From: a virus
Lineage: Duplodnaviria > Caudoviricetes
Length of the DNA stretch: 57,866 nt
Direction: 5' to 3' (one strand)
IMG/VR virus record: IMGVR_UViG_3300013014_000035
Location: 1-57,866 of that record
Shown here: positions 55,083-57,866 of the stretch, piece by piece
How the letters are laid out: the number at the start of each line of letters is the position of its first letter
Position numbering within the stretch: position 1 is the stretch's first letter
Notes under the pieces: generated by a model
Seen by the model: only the letters and a program-made list of their open reading frames with translations
What the model was told of the DNA's origin: nothing
Databases searched by the model: none
Program-made: the position numbers and the translations under genes

Positions 55083-56210
55083 ATGAGCGTTAGTACCACA
55101 ACCACAAAAGGTATTTGGAAATTACAAGACGTTAGAGATAACATTCTGAACAACATGTGGGTTAATTATGGTAATTTGTATGTTTGGGGTTTAGGATCTT
55201 CGGGTCAGTTGGGTGTTAATAACACTATTAGTTATTCTTCTCCGATTAAACTTTCGGGCGAATGGAATAATATATCTACAAGCATTACGCCGCATTCTAT
55301 GGCTATAAGAACAGACGGCACTCTTTGGTCTTGGGGAAGTAATGTTTGCGGTCCATTGGGCGACGGAACTATTACTAATAGATCCTCTCCAGTTCAAATA
55401 CCTGGTACCACTTGGAACGATATATCGGCGGGTTCTTGTTTTTCGTTAGCCAGAAAAACAGATGGCACTTTATGGGCTTGGGGAAGTAATGTTAATGGTC
55501 AATTAGGCGACAACACTACTGTATCTAAATCGTCGCCAGTTCAAATTCCTGGGACCACTTGGAACGATATATCTACAGGCGGTATTAATCTTAACGCCAA
55601 TTCTTTAGCTAGAAAAACAGACGGAACTCTATGGGTTTGGGGTTATGGGTTGCAAGGACAATTAGGCGACAACACTACTGTATCTAAATCATCACCGGTT
55701 CAAATTCCTGGTACTACCTGGAACGATATATCGAGTGCACAGCTTTTCTTTTCTTTAGCCAGAAAAACGGATGGCACTCTATGGTCTTGGGGTTGTAATG
55801 TTAATGGTCAATTAGGTGATGGTACTGTTGTAAATAAATCGTCGCCAGTTCAAATTCCCGGAACCACTTGGAACGACATAGCAGCTAAATGTCATTCTTT
55901 AGCTAGAAAAACAGACGGCACTTTATGGGCTTGGGGATATAATCTTTGCGGTCCTATAGGTGACGGAACTGTTAGTAATAGATCATCACCAGTTCAAATT
56001 CCCGGAACCACTTGGAACGATATATCGGCGGGATGTCTTTTTTCGTTAGCCAGAAAAACAGATGGCACTTTATACGCTTGGGGATATAATATTTCCGGTC
56101 AATTAGGCGATAATACAGTCGTACCTAAATCGTCGCCAGTTCAAATACCTGGAACTTCTTGGAATAAAATATCAGCCGGCGGAACTCATACATTGGCTCT
56201 TCTTGTTTAA
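55083..56210 (+). CDS. RCC1-repeat beta-propeller protein
   Basis: seven units of SLARKTDGTLWxWGxNxxGQLGDxTxVxKSSPVQIPGTTWNDIS. Confidence 0.9.
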   Translation: MSVSTTTTKGIWKLQDVRDNILNNMWVNYGNLYVWGLGSSGQLGVNNTISYSSPIKLSGEWNNISTSITPHSMAIRTDGTLWSWGSNVCGPLGDGTITNRSSPVQIPGTTWNDISAGSCFSLARKTDGTLWAWGSNVNGQLGDNTTVSKSSPVQIPGTTWNDISTGGINLNANSLARKTDGTLWVWGYGLQGQLGDNTTVSKSSPVQIPGTTWNDISSAQLFFSLARKTDGTLWSWGCNVNGQLGDGTVVNKSSPVQIPGTTWNDIAAKCHSLARKTDGTLWAWGYNLCGPIGDGTVSNRSSPVQIPGTTWNDISAGCLFSLARKTDGTLYAWGYNISGQLGDNTVVPKSSPVQIPGTSWNKISAGGTHTLALLV

Positions 56211-56225
56211 AGGATTAAATTTGGA

Positions 56226-56945
56226 ATGAAATATTTTAAATTCACAATGGTTGACGCAAAAACTGGAATTTCTATTAACAGAGAAACTTCGTTGGAAGGA
56301 CCTGTACTACCTCCTATTGATGGTCTTGAAGTGCTTTTCCAAGACACCGCAATTTCGGAATTTTGGTATGGCAGATCAGATTCTGATGAAGTGGTTGATA
56401 ATCCAGAGAATCAAACTTGGGAACTTTCATTATCAGAATTTTCTGAAATTATTGAAATCACAATACAAAGATCAATTAATCGTCATAAAGACAATCTTTA
56501 CGTCGCGGAAAAAGAAGCAAGAGATATTATCCTGGGAAAATATCATGCAACCGCTTCCCTCGCTGGTATTTACAAATACGATCAAGCAGTAGCATACCTA
56601 AAAGATTCCAATGTAGTCGGATCGGAACTTACTGTTGAAGCTAATGTCCGTGGGCTTTCACTCCATGACTTGGCTACCAAAATCAAAACGAATCATGAGA
56701 CATTTAGATTGAAAGAAGCAACAATTGCCGGTATTCGTGGTATGTTGCTTGATAGGCTGAATGATTATACTTACAATGGAAACGCAGATCCTTGGGGCGC
56801 TTACCAAGAGTATTTAAGATTAGAGCAAGTCGGAACAATAACAGAAACGGTTTTTGAAGACGACAACGTGGTAGAAAAACAAGTGCCGGTCACCGCGTCT
56901 TATTACGGTTCTGATATTATAATAAGATTCACCTACAGGGATTAA
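56226..56945 (+). CDS. hypothetical protein
   Basis: 239-aa ORF, AAGGA RBS, between two RCC1 genes. Confidence 0.75.
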   Translation: MKYFKFTMVDAKTGISINRETSLEGPVLPPIDGLEVLFQDTAISEFWYGRSDSDEVVDNPENQTWELSLSEFSEIIEITIQRSINRHKDNLYVAEKEARDIILGKYHATASLAGIYKYDQAVAYLKDSNVVGSELTVEANVRGLSLHDLATKIKTNHETFRLKEATIAGIRGMLLDRLNDYTYNGNADPWGAYQEYLRLEQVGTITETVFEDDNVVEKQVPVTASYYGSDIIIRFTYRD

Positions 56946-56947
56946 TC

Positions 56948-57866
56948 ATGACCATCACGGTAAATAAATGTGGCGCATGGTTTCTTGATGAAGTTTATCA
57001 AAAAATAAATGCTGGGTACTATCCATATAAAGGATTAACCACAGATCCAAGTAATATATGGGGATGGGGAACAAACAATATAGGGCAATTAGGTATTAAT
57101 GATACTATAAATCGCTCTTCTCCGGTTCAAATGTTAGGAAATAATTGGTGTGATGTGGCTGCTCAAGGTTGTTCTGTTTTAGCTAAACAAACTGATGGAA
57201 CTTTATGGGCTTGGGGATTAGGTAATGCCGGACAACTGGGCGATAGCACGTGCATCAGTAAATCCTCGCCCATTCAAATTCCAGGCGCCACTTGGGCTTG
57301 TATATCCACAGGCGATAATTTTTCTTTAGCCACCAGAACAGATGGTACTTTATGGGCTTGGGGAATAGCATCAAGTGGACAGTTAGGCGACAATACTACA
57401 GTTAGTAAATCGTCGCCTATTCAAATTCCTGGTACCACTTGGAGTTCCGTGGGTACGGGTGCTCAAACCACGTTTGCTATTAAAACAGATGGCACTCTAT
57501 GGGCTTGGGGCAGAAACGACGCCTATGGAGCTCTGGGAGACGGCACTGTTAACAGCAAATCTTCACCCGTTCAGATTCCAGGCACCACTTGGGCTGCTGT
57601 TATAGGCATGACCTCTTTTACGACTTTAGCCAGAAAAACTGATGGTACCTTATGGTCTTGGGGTTGTAATGTTAATGGTCAATTAGGCGATAATACAGTC
57701 GTACCTAAATCATCACCAGTTCAAATTCCTGGAACTACCTGGAATGACATAGCAGCAGGTTGTACCCACGGACTAGCCAGAAAAACAGATGGTACTTTAT
57801 GGGCTTGGGGTTTAGGAACTTCGGGTCAGTTAGGAGATAATACCACTGTTAGTAGGTCATCACCAG
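56948..57866 (+). CDS. RCC1-repeat protein, truncated by window end
   Basis: MTITVNKCGAWFLDEVY...WGWG.N..GQLG...SSPVQ repeats open to end of window. Confidence 0.85.
   Translation, partial: MTITVNKCGAWFLDEVYQKINAGYYPYKGLTTDPSNIWGWGTNNIGQLGINDTINRSSPVQMLGNNWCDVAAQGCSVLAKQTDGTLWAWGLGNAGQLGDSTCISKSSPIQIPGATWACISTGDNFSLATRTDGTLWAWGIASSGQLGDNTTVSKSSPIQIPGTTWSSVGTGAQTTFAIKTDGTLWAWGRNDAYGALGDGTVNSKSSPVQIPGTTWAAVIGMTSFTTLARKTDGTLWSWGCNVNGQLGDNTVVPKSSPVQIPGTTWNDIAAGCTHGLARKTDGTLWAWGLGTSGQLGDNTTVSRSSP

Noticed and set aside
55083-57866. Diversity-generating retroelement acting on RCC1 repeats
   Set aside because: No reverse transcriptase or non-coding template in the window, and differences are not confined to adenines.

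Overview
Segment of a large T4-like (Tevenvirinae/Kyanoviridae-type architecture) myophage genome, probably infecting a high-GC alphaproteobacterium (host is inference). 1-13.7 kb is an early/accessory region of about 40 small + strand ORFs. It carries 16 perfect TTGACA-N17-TATAAT promoters, and the most repeat-like ones (0.3-4.9 kb) sit in a cassette that also supplies the upstream stop codon. This region holds four to five RMF/CrpP-like paralogs, and 12 translationally coupled ~60-aa paralogs (C-terminal Q-x-x-E/D-D-L motif) in two arrays bracketing a DUF6745-like gene pair, plus a DUF932 protein. Next come tRNA-Arg(TCT), a probable tRNA-Ile2(CAT) and a candidate ~130-nt tRNA-like ncRNA, followed by gp33-gp59-gp32. 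A minus-strand block contains gp4, gp2, gp54-like, gp26 with a candidate -1 frameshift into a gp51-like ORF, a 3-TM holin-like gene and two long tape-measure/hub-like proteins, one with a tail lysozyme domain. A plus-strand block encodes baseplate and tail proteins: gp48, gp53, a split lysozyme-less gp5, gp25, gp6, gp7-like, gp8-like, DUF4815-like proteins, repeat-rich fibres and two RCC1-repeat proteins. All family calls come from motif recognition by eye, not from database searches.
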